NCBI GenBank assembly: GCA_965223855.1
Contig: CBDCXM010000009.1
Location: 1,824,001 to 1,888,000, forward strand
Origin: Candidatus Multivoradales bacterium
GTDB taxonomy: Bacteria > Acidobacteriota > Thermoanaerobaculia > Multivoradales > JAHEKO01
Length of the DNA: 64,000 bases
Direction of reading: 5' to 3'
Within the stretch, counting starts at the first letter, position 1. Each line of letters begins with the position of its first letter. Shown here one piece after another: positions 1 to 8,584 of the stretch. The notes under the pieces were generated by a model. That model saw only the letters and a list, made by a program, of their open reading frames with translations. It was not told the DNA's origin and ran no database searches. Both the position numbers and the translations under genes were made by a program.

Positions 1-36
1 ATGGAGACGTTCCTCTCCCGGGGCGAAGAGAGCTGA
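1..36 (+). CDS. 3' end of an upstream gene (partial, unidentified)
   Basis: Frame 1 reads METFLSRGEES* and its TGA overlaps the probable CTG start of thiE. Confidence 0.4.
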   Translation: METFLSRGEES

Positions 37-692
37 CGCCGGCGCATCCGCGCTCTGCGCCGATCCCGCGCCTCTATGCCATCGCGGATGCCGACGCGCT
101 GCGGCCGGCAGAGCTTTCGGAGGGAGTTGCGCGCCTGGCCGGGGCCGGGCTGGGGTGGATTCAGATTCGGGCGAAGGGGCTCGCAGACGCCGCGCTGTGG
201 GCCGAAGTCGAGAAGAGCGCGCGGGCCGCGGAGGAGCACGGCGCCTGTCTGTGGATCAACGACCGCGTGGATCTCGCGCTCGCGTCGGGCGCCTTCGGGG
301 TTCACCTGGGGCAGCAGGATCTCGCTGCCGAGGCCGCCCGGCGGATCCTCGGGCCCGAGACGTGGATCGGCGCCTCGACCCATCGCCGATCGGAAGTGAC
401 GGCAGCGGTCGGCAACGCGGCGGTCGACGTCGTCGCGGTAGGGCCGGTCTTCGCGACATCGAGCAAGGAGAATGCGGAGCCGGTAGTCGGTCTGGAACTG
501 GTGCGTTGGGCCGCGTCGAGAACGGACAAGCCGATCGTCGCGATCGGCGGCCTCGACGCGGGCAGGGCTTCGGAGGCGCTGGCAGCCGGTGCCTCCTCGG
601 CGGCGGTTCTCGGCGCGCTCACGGCTGGCCTTTCCTCCGGACACTCGCTGGAGGCCAACGTGCGGGCGCTGCTCACCGCGGTCGACGCCTGA
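33..692 (+). CDS. thiE: Thiamine-phosphate synthase
   Basis: Frame is open upstream of ORF 267..692: PRLYAIAD, WIQIRAK, LWINDRVDLA, GVHLGQQD, IGASTH, GPVFATSSK, PIVAIGG. Start codon uncertain (CTG at 33). Confidence 0.9.
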   Translation: MTPAHPRSAPIPRLYAIADADALRPAELSEGVARLAGAGLGWIQIRAKGLADAALWAEVEKSARAAEEHGACLWINDRVDLALASGAFGVHLGQQDLAAEAARRILGPETWIGASTHRRSEVTAAVGNAAVDVVAVGPVFATSSKENAEPVVGLELVRWAASRTDKPIVAIGGLDAGRASEALAAGASSAAVLGALTAGLSSGHSLEANVRALLTAVDA

Positions 693-750
693 TCGGGGTG
701 CGTGCGAGAATGCCTCGAAATCCGTAGAAGTTGGAGATCCGGAGGTTGCG

Positions 751-2190
751 ATGAGTGCTCGAGAGCAGTTCGGCAGTCGCTGGGGGCTGGTGCTCGCCAC
801 CCTCGGGATGGCGGTCGGTACCGGCAACATCTGGCGCTTCCCGCGCATCGTCGCGACCAACGGCGGCGGCAGCTTTCTCGTCGCGTGGGTCGTCTTCCTG
901 CTGATGTGGTCGATCCCGCTGATGATGGCGGAATTCGCCTTCGGCAAGCGCACCCGCAAGGGGACGATCGGTGCGGTGGGAGAGCTCGCCGGCGAGAAGT
1001 TCGCCTGGATGGGTGGCTGGGCGGCACTGTGCGCCACGGCGATCGGTTTCTACTACTCGGTCGTCGCCGGCTGGTGCGTCCGCTACCTGTGGGCCTCGCT
1101 CACCGGAGAGCTGGCGCGCGTCCCCTCGGCACAGCTCTGGGCGAGCTTCACCGGCTCCTGGCAGCCGGTGGTCACCCATCTGATCGTCATCTCGACCTGC
1201 GTCTCGATCGTCTGGTTCGGCGTTCGCGGTATCGAGCGGGTGGCGAAGATCCTGATCCCGACGCTCTTCGTCCTGGTGGTGGTTCTCGCCGTGCGGGCGC
1301 TGACCCTGCCGGGCGCCGAGCGCGGGCTTGATTTCCTGTTCCGCCCCGACTGGTCGGCACTCGCCGACTACCGCATCTGGCTGGCGGCGCTCACCCAGAA
1401 CGCCTGGGACACCGGCGCCGGCTGGGGGCTGATCCTCACCTATGCCGTCTACATGAAGCAGCGCGAGGACGTTCCGCTCAACGCGTGCCTGATCGGCTTC
1501 GGCAACAACTCCGTGTCGCTCCTTGCCGGCATCATGGTGCTGTGCACCGTCTTCGCCATCAATCCGGACGCGCAGGCGGAGATCGTCGGTGCCGGCAACG
1601 AAGGGTTGACCTTCACGTGGATGCCGCAGCTTTTCGCCGAGATGCCGGGCGGCTCGTTCTTCATGATCCTCTTCTTCCTGGCGCTGACCTTCGCCGCGAC
1701 GACCAGCATGATCTCGATGCTCGAGCTCGCGGCGCGCAATCTGATGGACCGCGGCATTCCTCGCCGGAAGGCGGTGGCGACCATCGGTGCAGCGGTGGCG
1801 GTGTTCGGTATCCCGTCGGCGTTGTCGCTCGATGTCTTCAACAACCAGGACTGGGTGTGGGGGGTCGGCCTGATGCTTTCGGGTCTCTTCTTCGCCCTCG
1901 TCGCCCGTCGTTTCGGCCTCGAGAAGCTGCGCAACGAAGAGCTCAACGGTGAGGGCAGCGATCTGAGGGTCGGTCGCTGGTGGAACTTCGCCCTCGGGGT
2001 TCTGGTGCCGGTTCAGGCGGTGATCCTGATGGTCTGGTGGCTCTACTCGGCCGCCCAGGACAATCCGGACTGGCTGAAGGTCCTCCATCCCTACAGCGTC
2101 GGCACGGTGCTGGTGCAGTGGGCGATCGGCCTGACGGCATTGATTCTGTACAACCGGTGGCGCCTCAAGCGCCGGGGGGCGAAGTCATGA
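751..2190 (+). CDS. Sodium-dependent transporter, NSS/SNF family
   Basis: REQFGSRWG, GMAVGTGNIWRFP, NGGGSFL motifs and many TM segments. GGAGG precedes ATG 751. Confidence 0.92.
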   Translation: MSAREQFGSRWGLVLATLGMAVGTGNIWRFPRIVATNGGGSFLVAWVVFLLMWSIPLMMAEFAFGKRTRKGTIGAVGELAGEKFAWMGGWAALCATAIGFYYSVVAGWCVRYLWASLTGELARVPSAQLWASFTGSWQPVVTHLIVISTCVSIVWFGVRGIERVAKILIPTLFVLVVVLAVRALTLPGAERGLDFLFRPDWSALADYRIWLAALTQNAWDTGAGWGLILTYAVYMKQREDVPLNACLIGFGNNSVSLLAGIMVLCTVFAINPDAQAEIVGAGNEGLTFTWMPQLFAEMPGGSFFMILFFLALTFAATTSMISMLELAARNLMDRGIPRRKAVATIGAAVAVFGIPSALSLDVFNNQDWVWGVGLMLSGLFFALVARRFGLEKLRNEELNGEGSDLRVGRWWNFALGVLVPVQAVILMVWWLYSAAQDNPDWLKVLHPYSVGTVLVQWAIGLTALILYNRWRLKRRGAKS

Positions 2191-2294
2191 GCCAGAGCGC
2201 CGTGGTGATGATGGTGCTGATGTGCGGGTTCGTCTGGGGCGGCTTCCTGCTGCTGCTGCGCAGGGCGATCCGCAGCGAGAGTCGAAAGCGCTGA
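2187..2294 (+). CDS. MetS-like small subunit of NSS transporter (35 aa)
   Basis: MSQSAVVMMVLMCGFVWGGFLLLLRRAIRSESRKR: one TM helix with VWGG. ATGA overlap with the transporter stop. Confidence 0.8.
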   Translation: MSQSAVVMMVLMCGFVWGGFLLLLRRAIRSESRKR

Positions 2295-2797
2295 CGCCAC
2301 TGCGGGTCTTCCTGACCGGCTTCATGGGAGCCGGAAAGACGACGCTCGGCCGGGCGCTCGCCGAGCGGGCCGCGGTTGCCTTCATGGACGTCGACGCCGA
2401 GATCGAGGCGGCGGACGGGCGAACGATCGTCGAGATCTTCGCCGAGGAGGGAGAGGAGGCGTTCCGGGCGATCGAAGGCTGTGTCCTGCGGGAGCTCGAC
2501 CTGCCGGCGGAGTTCGTCGTCGCGACCGGTGGCGGCGTGCCCGTCGAGCCCGAGCAGCGAGCGTGGCTGCGCGATCGGGGGACGATCGTGTGGGTCGATG
2601 TCCCGTTCGAGGAGTTGGAGCGGCGCCTCGCCGGCGACGCGACCCGGCCGCTGTGGCGCGATCCCGGGCGGGCCAGGGAGCTGCTCGAGGCGCGGAGGGA
2701 GAGCTATGCCGACTGTGACGTGCACTTCGAGCCCGGCGATGTCTCGATCGCCGACACGGTCGACCTTCTGTTGGAGCGGCTCTCGAAGCCGGCCTGA
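2291..2797 (+). CDS. aroK: Shikimate kinase
   Basis: VFLTGFMGAGKTT P-loop, GEEAFRAIE, VVATGGG, TRPL. Start uncertain (CTG 2291 overlaps the previous stop). Confidence 0.9.
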   Translation: MTPLRVFLTGFMGAGKTTLGRALAERAAVAFMDVDAEIEAADGRTIVEIFAEEGEEAFRAIEGCVLRELDLPAEFVVATGGGVPVEPEQRAWLRDRGTIVWVDVPFEELERRLAGDATRPLWRDPGRARELLEARRESYADCDVHFEPGDVSIADTVDLLLERLSKPA

Positions 2798-2884
2798 CCA
2801 CCCCGGCCGGTTGCACCCACCGGTTGCCTCCGAAGGGGTGCACGGCTACGCTGTGAGCCGGAAGAAGGAGCTGAGGAAACGGCA

Positions 2885-3598
2885 ATGGCGACCAGCACGG
2901 TAGAGGACTATCTCAAGACCATTCTCCTTGCCGAGAGCGGCAGCTCCGGGCTGGTGGGGATGGGACGGATCTCCGAGGACCTGAGTGTCGCCCCCGGCAC
3001 CGTCACGGCGATGGTCAAGACGCTGTCTCAAAGCGGATTGGTCGACTACGAACCGTACGCCGGCGTGCGTCTCACTGAAGCGGGGCGGCAGCTCGCTCTT
3101 CACGTGCTGCGCCGGCATCGGCTGGTCGAGCTGTTTCTCGTAGAGGTGCTGGGGCTGAGCTGGAGCGAGGTACACGAGGAGGCCGAACAGCTCGAGCATG
3201 CGGTCAGCGACCGGATGATCGAGCGGATGGACGAGATGCTCGGCTTCCCGTCCGTCGATCCTCACGGGGACCCGATTCCGGATGCCGACGGGGTCCTCTC
3301 CGAGGTCACGGCGGCCGCGCTCGCGGAGAGCAGTTCCGGTGCGGTGGTCGAGATTCGACGGGTGGGAGACCAGGGCGCCGACTTTCTCAGGCTCCTCGAT
3401 CGATTGTCCCTGGTGCCGGGATCGACCGTCGAGGTGGTCGAGATCGATCCCGCCGCCGACACCGTGACCCTGCGCAACCCCTCCGGTGAACGGGTGCGCC
3501 TCGGGCTGCGCGCCGCGCGCAAGATCTTCGTCGAGCCGGTCGGACAACCCGGGCACCCGGGGCGTTCGGGGCGACTCGAGCGACCCGTCGGTGCCTGA
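2885..3598 (+). CDS. DtxR/MntR-family metal-dependent repressor with C-terminal FeoA/SH3-like domain
   Basis: [37 protein letters not shown]. Confidence 0.9.
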   Translation: MATSTVEDYLKTILLAESGSSGLVGMGRISEDLSVAPGTVTAMVKTLSQSGLVDYEPYAGVRLTEAGRQLALHVLRRHRLVELFLVEVLGLSWSEVHEEAEQLEHAVSDRMIERMDEMLGFPSVDPHGDPIPDADGVLSEVTAAALAESSSGAVVEIRRVGDQGADFLRLLDRLSLVPGSTVEVVEIDPAADTVTLRNPSGERVRLGLRAARKIFVEPVGQPGHPGRSGRLERPVGA

Positions 3599-5609
3599 GA
3601 GGGACGTGGGCCTGTCGAGGAAGCTCTTCGGCGCCGTTGCGGTAGCGGCGACGGTCGTCCTGTATGGGTGCGCGGGCGGAGGCGCCCTCGAGGCGCCTGC
3701 CTCGGTACCCGGCCTCGAGGCTGCACCGCCGCCTCACCTCGAGGAGCGGGCGATGCTGCTCCTGCTCGTCGATCAGCAGCTGTTCGACCCGTTCTCGGCG
3801 CGGCGTGCTCTCGAGTTGGGGCCCGCGATGAGGATCGAAGCGGCACGGGCGATCGGCCGCGCGGGAGACCCACGAGGACGGTCGGTGCTCGAAGAGCTGT
3901 CGGTCGACGACAACGCGGAGGTTCGCAGGGAAGCGGTCTTCGCGCTGGGGGTGCTGGGCGATCCGTTGGGAGCCCAGGCGTTGCGCCGGGCGTCGAGAGA
4001 TCCCGACAGCGAGACCGGCCGGCTAGCCGTCGAAGGGTTGGCGAAGCTCGAGATCCCTCTGGCGCGCGTGCTCGAAGCCCTCGAGGGACTCGACCCGGTG
4101 GAGATGTGGAGCCGCCTGACGCCGGCGTTGCTGCGATTCCCGATCGAGACCTCGCTGCCGGTCTTGAGAAGGGCGCTCCTCGAAGGAGGGGACAACGCCT
4201 ATCGGGATGCGATGTACGTGCTGGCACGCAAGGGAACGGCCGACGTACTGCCGATTCTGCGGGAGCTGGTCGGGGACCCCGACCCGTGGCTTCGGGGTTG
4301 GGCGGCGAGGGCGCTCGGTCGCCTCGGAGGAGGAGAGGACGTCGCGCGTCTCGAGCCGCTGACGAACGACCGCGATGCGGGCGTGGTCATCCAGGCGCTG
4401 CGCTCGGCTCGACGCCTGGTCGGCGCCGGCGCCGTCGCTCCGCCGGAGTCCTGGCGGCCGGTGTTGCGGCGGTTGATGGACGATCCGCGCCCTGGAGTGA
4501 GGTTCGCCGCTATCGAAGCAGCTGGAGCGTGGGGGCGGGACGGCCTGACGGCCGAACTCGCGGAGCGGTTCGACCGCAGCAGCGGACGTGATCGCGAGCT
4601 CGCTCTGCTCGCACTCGCGGCCGCCGGAGACCCGGGGATCGCCGAGCGGGCCGGTCGTGCGGCGGCCGGAGATTCGATTGCGCTCCGCCGCAGCGCCGCA
4701 GCGGCGGCGGGCCTTGGAGGTCTCGACGCGCTGTTGGCACGCCTCGCCACTGACGAGTCGCCGGCCGTTCGGACAGCCGCGTTCGCCGAACTGCTGCGGG
4801 AGGAGACGACGTCCCGCCCCTGGGCGGTGGAGGCGCTCGCGGATCCCGACGCCGTGGTCCGCTCGCTCGGCTTCGACTGGGCGGCCGAGCATCCGGTCGT
4901 ATCGGCCGCGGAGCTGCTCACCGCCCTGGCGGGCGTCGGCAGGAGTGACGTCGATGCGCAGAGCTCAGCTGTGGCCGCCATCGCGGCGAGAGCCACCGCG
5001 GCGGAGCAGGAGCGTGAGTTGGTGGTGCCGGCGCTCGAGCTGTTCGCCCGCGAGGGAGCCGAGCGGGTGGCGGAGCGGGCGGTGGAGGCTCTCGAAGCAC
5101 TGGGGGAGAGCGTGCCCCCTCGCGCGGTGGCCGATCGCCATCGCGGGATGGAGGCGTATCGCCGGATCGCCGTGCGGGCGTCCGAGCCCCGTCGCGTGCG
5201 CTTCGAGACGGCAGCGGGCAGCTTCACTATCGAGCTCGACTGCCCCGCGACACCTCTGACATGCGTGAACTTCCTTCAGCTCGTGGGACAGGGCTTTTAC
5301 GACGGTCTCGCCTTTCATCGGGTGATTCACGACTTCGTCGTCCAGACCGGTGACCCGCGCGGCGACGGCCACGGGGGGCCCGGCTACTCGATTCGAGACG
5401 AAATCCACCATGATCGCTACGAGCGCGGCAGCGTCGGCATGGCCCTGTCCGGCCCCGATACCGGTGGTAGCCAGTTCTTCATCGCCCTTTCCGCGCAACC
5501 GCATCTCGACGGTGGCTACACCCGATTCGGCGAGGTGGTGGCAGGAGACGACCTGCTCGACTCCATCGAGCAGGGGACTGTGATCACGAGAGCGTTCGAG
5601 ATCGAGTAG
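3591..5609 (+). CDS. Lipoprotein with HEAT repeats and C-terminal cyclophilin-type peptidyl-prolyl isomerase
   Basis: Lipobox VLYG-C. HEAT repeats (DNAEVRREAVFALG, DPDPWLRGWAARALG). FHRVIHDFVVQTGDP, GMALSGPDTGGSQFFI, HLDGGYTRFG. Confidence 0.85.
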   Translation: MPERDVGLSRKLFGAVAVAATVVLYGCAGGGALEAPASVPGLEAAPPPHLEERAMLLLLVDQQLFDPFSARRALELGPAMRIEAARAIGRAGDPRGRSVLEELSVDDNAEVRREAVFALGVLGDPLGAQALRRASRDPDSETGRLAVEGLAKLEIPLARVLEALEGLDPVEMWSRLTPALLRFPIETSLPVLRRALLEGGDNAYRDAMYVLARKGTADVLPILRELVGDPDPWLRGWAARALGRLGGGEDVARLEPLTNDRDAGVVIQALRSARRLVGAGAVAPPESWRPVLRRLMDDPRPGVRFAAIEAAGAWGRDGLTAELAERFDRSSGRDRELALLALAAAGDPGIAERAGRAAAGDSIALRRSAAAAAGLGGLDALLARLATDESPAVRTAAFAELLREETTSRPWAVEALADPDAVVRSLGFDWAAEHPVVSAAELLTALAGVGRSDVDAQSSAVAAIAARATAAEQERELVVPALELFAREGAERVAERAVEALEALGESVPPRAVADRHRGMEAYRRIAVRASEPRRVRFETAAGSFTIELDCPATPLTCVNFLQLVGQGFYDGLAFHRVIHDFVVQTGDPRGDGHGGPGYSIRDEIHHDRYERGSVGMALSGPDTGGSQFFIALSAQPHLDGGYTRFGEVVAGDDLLDSIEQGTVITRAFEIE

Positions 5610-6044
5610 CGGTGGCTCGTCCTTCCCTGGGGCCTCTTTGGAACGGGGCGGAGGACGGTCGTCTTCAGAAGCCGTGAGTGCCGAGACCGGCAGAGGCTGG
5701 TGAGAAGGGACTCGGGTAGGGAAGGGGTAGCGGCGACGGTCTTCGGCTGCGACTCCCCGTGGTCGAACGAAGGGTCGCGGCCGCGTCCTTCGGGAGCCCG
5801 CGTGCGAGGGCTCGGCGATCGCAACCCGAAGGAGGCGAGTCTCCGGAAGGCGAAGAGGACTCCTGGCCCACCTGGTGGCAGAGCAGAGCTGCATGCTCGC
5901 CGGACGCCTTCCCTACCTGGACAGCGAAGCTGCATAAGTCTCGTCCGCTTCGGTCTCGAGAACGTCGTCCCGACCACGGTCGAGAGCTCGAGGTGCGTCA
6001 ACCTGTCGAGTCTCTGGATCGCGGTTATAGACTCGCGGCGCTCG

Positions 6045-6209
6045 ATGAAAGAGACGATCGGATTCACTCTGCAGTTCCTCGCGCTGGTGCTGGTGGGTAC
6101 GGCCCTTCTGGTGGGTCTGCTCTACGATGCCCTGCGGACAGAGCTGGTGATGCTCGCCGTCGGCGGGGCGATGTTCCTGCTCGGTCGCGAGATGCAAGGC
6201 CCTCACTGA
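6045..6209 (+). CDS. Small two-TM membrane protein (54 aa)
   Basis: MKETIGFTLQFLALVLVGTALLVGLLYDALRTELVMLAVGGAMFLLGREMQGPH. A -10-like TAGACT lies just upstream. Confidence 0.65.
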   Translation: MKETIGFTLQFLALVLVGTALLVGLLYDALRTELVMLAVGGAMFLLGREMQGPH

Positions 6210-6237
6210 GGGTCGATCCGGAATCTTGAATCGAAGC

Positions 6238-6263
6238 TGCAACCTTGATCGGCGGCGAGCGTA
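6238..6263 (+). promoter_or_regulatory. ECF (SigW-type) promoter TGCAAC-N16-CGTA, probably autoregulatory and leaderless
   Basis: One mismatch to TGAAAC-N16-CGTA, and CGTA ends 6 nt before the sigma ATG. Confidence 0.65.
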
Positions 6264-6269
6264 GGAACC

Positions 6270-6854
6270 ATGGCAAGGGAGAGTCCGACACCGACCGATG
6301 TGGAGTTGGTGAACGCGACCCTCCAGGGCCGCCAGGAGTGCTTCGGTGATCTCGTCGATCGATACCAACGACCGCTGGTCAACTACCTGCACCGCATGCT
6401 GCGTCAGGCCGACGACGCGCACGACGTGGCGCAGGAAGTCTTCGTCAAGATCTATCGGGCGCTCGACCGCTATGACTCGCAGTACAAGTTCTCGACCTGG
6501 CTGTTCAGGATCGCTCAGAACGCGGCGATCGACCGCATCCGAAAACGTCGGCTTCAGGTGGTCTCTATGGACCGGCCGACCGACGATTCGGAGGACGGAA
6601 CCTGGGAATTTGCCGACGACAGTCCTGATGCGTATGCCGACGCGCGCAACCGCGAACGGCGGGACGCCATCCAGGAGGCGATCGACGCCCTCCCCTGGGA
6701 GTATCGGGAGCTGATCGTGATGCGGCACTACGGAGAGCTCTCCTACGAGGAGATCGCCCGGGCGAAGGACATGCCGTTGGGCACCGTGAAGAACAAGCTC
6801 TTCCGCGGCCGCAAGATGCTCAAGGAAGTTCTGGACGACTACCTCACGGATTGA
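6270..6854 (+). CDS. ECF RNA polymerase sigma factor (SigW/RpoE-like)
   Basis: DAHDVAQEVFVK, KFSTWLFRIAQNAAIDRIRK, LSYEEIA..MPLGTVKNKLFRGR. Confidence 0.93.
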   Translation: MARESPTPTDVELVNATLQGRQECFGDLVDRYQRPLVNYLHRMLRQADDAHDVAQEVFVKIYRALDRYDSQYKFSTWLFRIAQNAAIDRIRKRRLQVVSMDRPTDDSEDGTWEFADDSPDAYADARNRERRDAIQEAIDALPWEYRELIVMRHYGELSYEEIARAKDMPLGTVKNKLFRGRKMLKEVLDDYLTD

Positions 6855-6861
6855 TGCGACG

Positions 6862-7506
6862 ATGACAGACAGCACGAAAGATCGTGACGCCCTCGAGGAG
6901 CTGCTCTACCTCGAGTCAGACGGCTTCCTCGGCGAAGAGGACAAGAGCCGGTTGGACGAGGCGTGCCGCGACAACGCCGACCTGGCCCACGAGCGCGAGG
7001 AGCTGCGACTCCTGGCGACGAAGCTCGAAGAGTCGCGCATCGAGGTACGGGAGGGCTTCCGCGAGGAGTTGATGGAGTCGCTGCCGGCGGTGGGCTGGAG
7101 CTCACGCCATCCGCGCACCTGGTGGCTGGCGGCGTCGGTGCTGGCCCTGCTCGGCGGTGCGGCGGCGATGCTCACGGGTCTGAGCGCGGCCCGTCTCGAG
7201 CCGAGTTCGCCGTTCGTGGGAGCGATGCGGGCGGTGGCGGACATGATGGCCGCTTCGCTGGCCGCGGGAGCTGGGCTGGTCGGTGCGTCCTGGCAAGGTC
7301 TGGCGATGGCTCTGGAAGAGTGGATCGGCCTCTCGGCACCCAACGCGATCGCCTTCGGCGTGCTCGTCGTCGGTGTCAACTGGATGGTGTGGCGCAGTCT
7401 GCGGCGACGGGAGCGTGCGGTCGAGGCCCCTACAGCCGGACGCGTCCAGAACAGGGTGGGCCACGACAAGTCCGGCGGCGAGACCGACCGTCACGAAACC
7501 GACTAG
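6862..7506 (+). CDS. Membrane-bound anti-sigma factor (putative)
   Basis: Directly follows the ECF sigma. N-terminal ASD-like helical region (LLYLESDGFL..RLDEAC) followed by TM helices. Confidence 0.7.
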   Translation: MTDSTKDRDALEELLYLESDGFLGEEDKSRLDEACRDNADLAHEREELRLLATKLEESRIEVREGFREELMESLPAVGWSSRHPRTWWLAASVLALLGGAAAMLTGLSAARLEPSSPFVGAMRAVADMMAASLAAGAGLVGASWQGLAMALEEWIGLSAPNAIAFGVLVVGVNWMVWRSLRRRERAVEAPTAGRVQNRVGHDKSGGETDRHETD

Positions 7507-7612
7507 GCGGGCTCCTCGCCACAGGTCGGGGGCGCGGGCCGGGAGCGGGTCGAGTAAGCTCTCCTTCCATGGGGGGCTCGTTCGTTTCTCTTACACCCTT
7601 GCGGGAGCGAGT

Positions 7613-8527
7613 GTGAAGTCGACCGTGTTCGCCGCCCTGCTGCTCGCCCTCTCCGGCGTGCCGGGAGCTCGGGCCGAGACGGCGATGAAGATCGTCGCCG
7701 GGTCGATTGCACGCAGCGAGGTCGTCGCCCTCGGGCGTGACCTCGTGGTGGAGGGAGAGGTGACCAGCGACGTCGCCGTAGTCAACGGCGACGCGACGGT
7801 CTCGGGGCGGATCGCCGGCGACATCGTCGTCCTCGGCGGGTCGGTGCGCCTCGAAGAGGGTGCGCAGGTCTCGGGAGACGTCTTCGCCCTCGGCGGAACG
7901 ATCGATACCGCCGGGGCGATCGAGATCGGCGGCCGCCTCGTCGCCTATCCGACGATCGGCGCAGCGTGGCTCACGCTGCTCGAAGGGCCCAGTCTCGGCC
8001 TCTCTGCCGGGTCGCGGGTGGTGCTCGCCGCAAAGCTGGCGTTGCTCACCGCCTGGCTGGCGTTGTCGCTGCTGCTCCTGGCGGTCAACGGTGGAGCGGT
8101 GCTGGCGACTTCCCAGTGGGTGCTCGCCGAGTCGCTACGCAACTTCCTGGCCGGGCTGACCGGAGTGCTGGCCCTGTTTCTCCTGGCGTTGGCGCTCGTC
8201 ACCTTCGTGCCCGGCATCGCCGGCGTGCCTCTCCTCGTACTCGTGGTCGTCTTCGGGCTGCTGCTGAAGCTCTGGGGAATGGTCGCTGTGTTCCATGCCC
8301 TCGGAGAGTGGGTCGGCAACGCGGCGCTGCGCCGCCGGATGCAGCCGCTCAACGCCGCCACCCTGGGGCTTGTGATCCTCGGCGCGATCAAGCTCCTGCC
8401 ATGGGTGGGAACGGTGGTCTGGTGGACGGCGACGTTCGTCGGAATCGGCGTCGCCCTGCGGACGAAACTCGGTCGTCACGAGCCGTGGATCGAGCCGGCG
8501 CCGCTGGCGGAACCTTCGCTGTCCTGA
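7613..8527 (+). CDS. Bactofilin/polymer-forming-repeat membrane protein
   Basis: Signal peptide, beta-helix-type repeats (VVALGRDLVVEGEV.SDVAVVNGDATVSG.IAGDIVVLGGSV) and several C-terminal TM helices. Confidence 0.7.
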   Translation: MKSTVFAALLLALSGVPGARAETAMKIVAGSIARSEVVALGRDLVVEGEVTSDVAVVNGDATVSGRIAGDIVVLGGSVRLEEGAQVSGDVFALGGTIDTAGAIEIGGRLVAYPTIGAAWLTLLEGPSLGLSAGSRVVLAAKLALLTAWLALSLLLLAVNGGAVLATSQWVLAESLRNFLAGLTGVLALFLLALALVTFVPGIAGVPLLVLVVVFGLLLKLWGMVAVFHALGEWVGNAALRRRMQPLNAATLGLVILGAIKLLPWVGTVVWWTATFVGIGVALRTKLGRHEPWIEPAPLAEPSLS

Positions 8528-8584
8528 GGCGGCGCTCGCCGCGGCCTCCGGGTGTCCGAACGTAAGGGCGGCTCCAGCCTGAGT

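Noticed and set aside
5912-5921. CCTACCTGGA shared with 59516-59525
   Set aside because: A 10-mer match without extended flanking similarity is expected by chance
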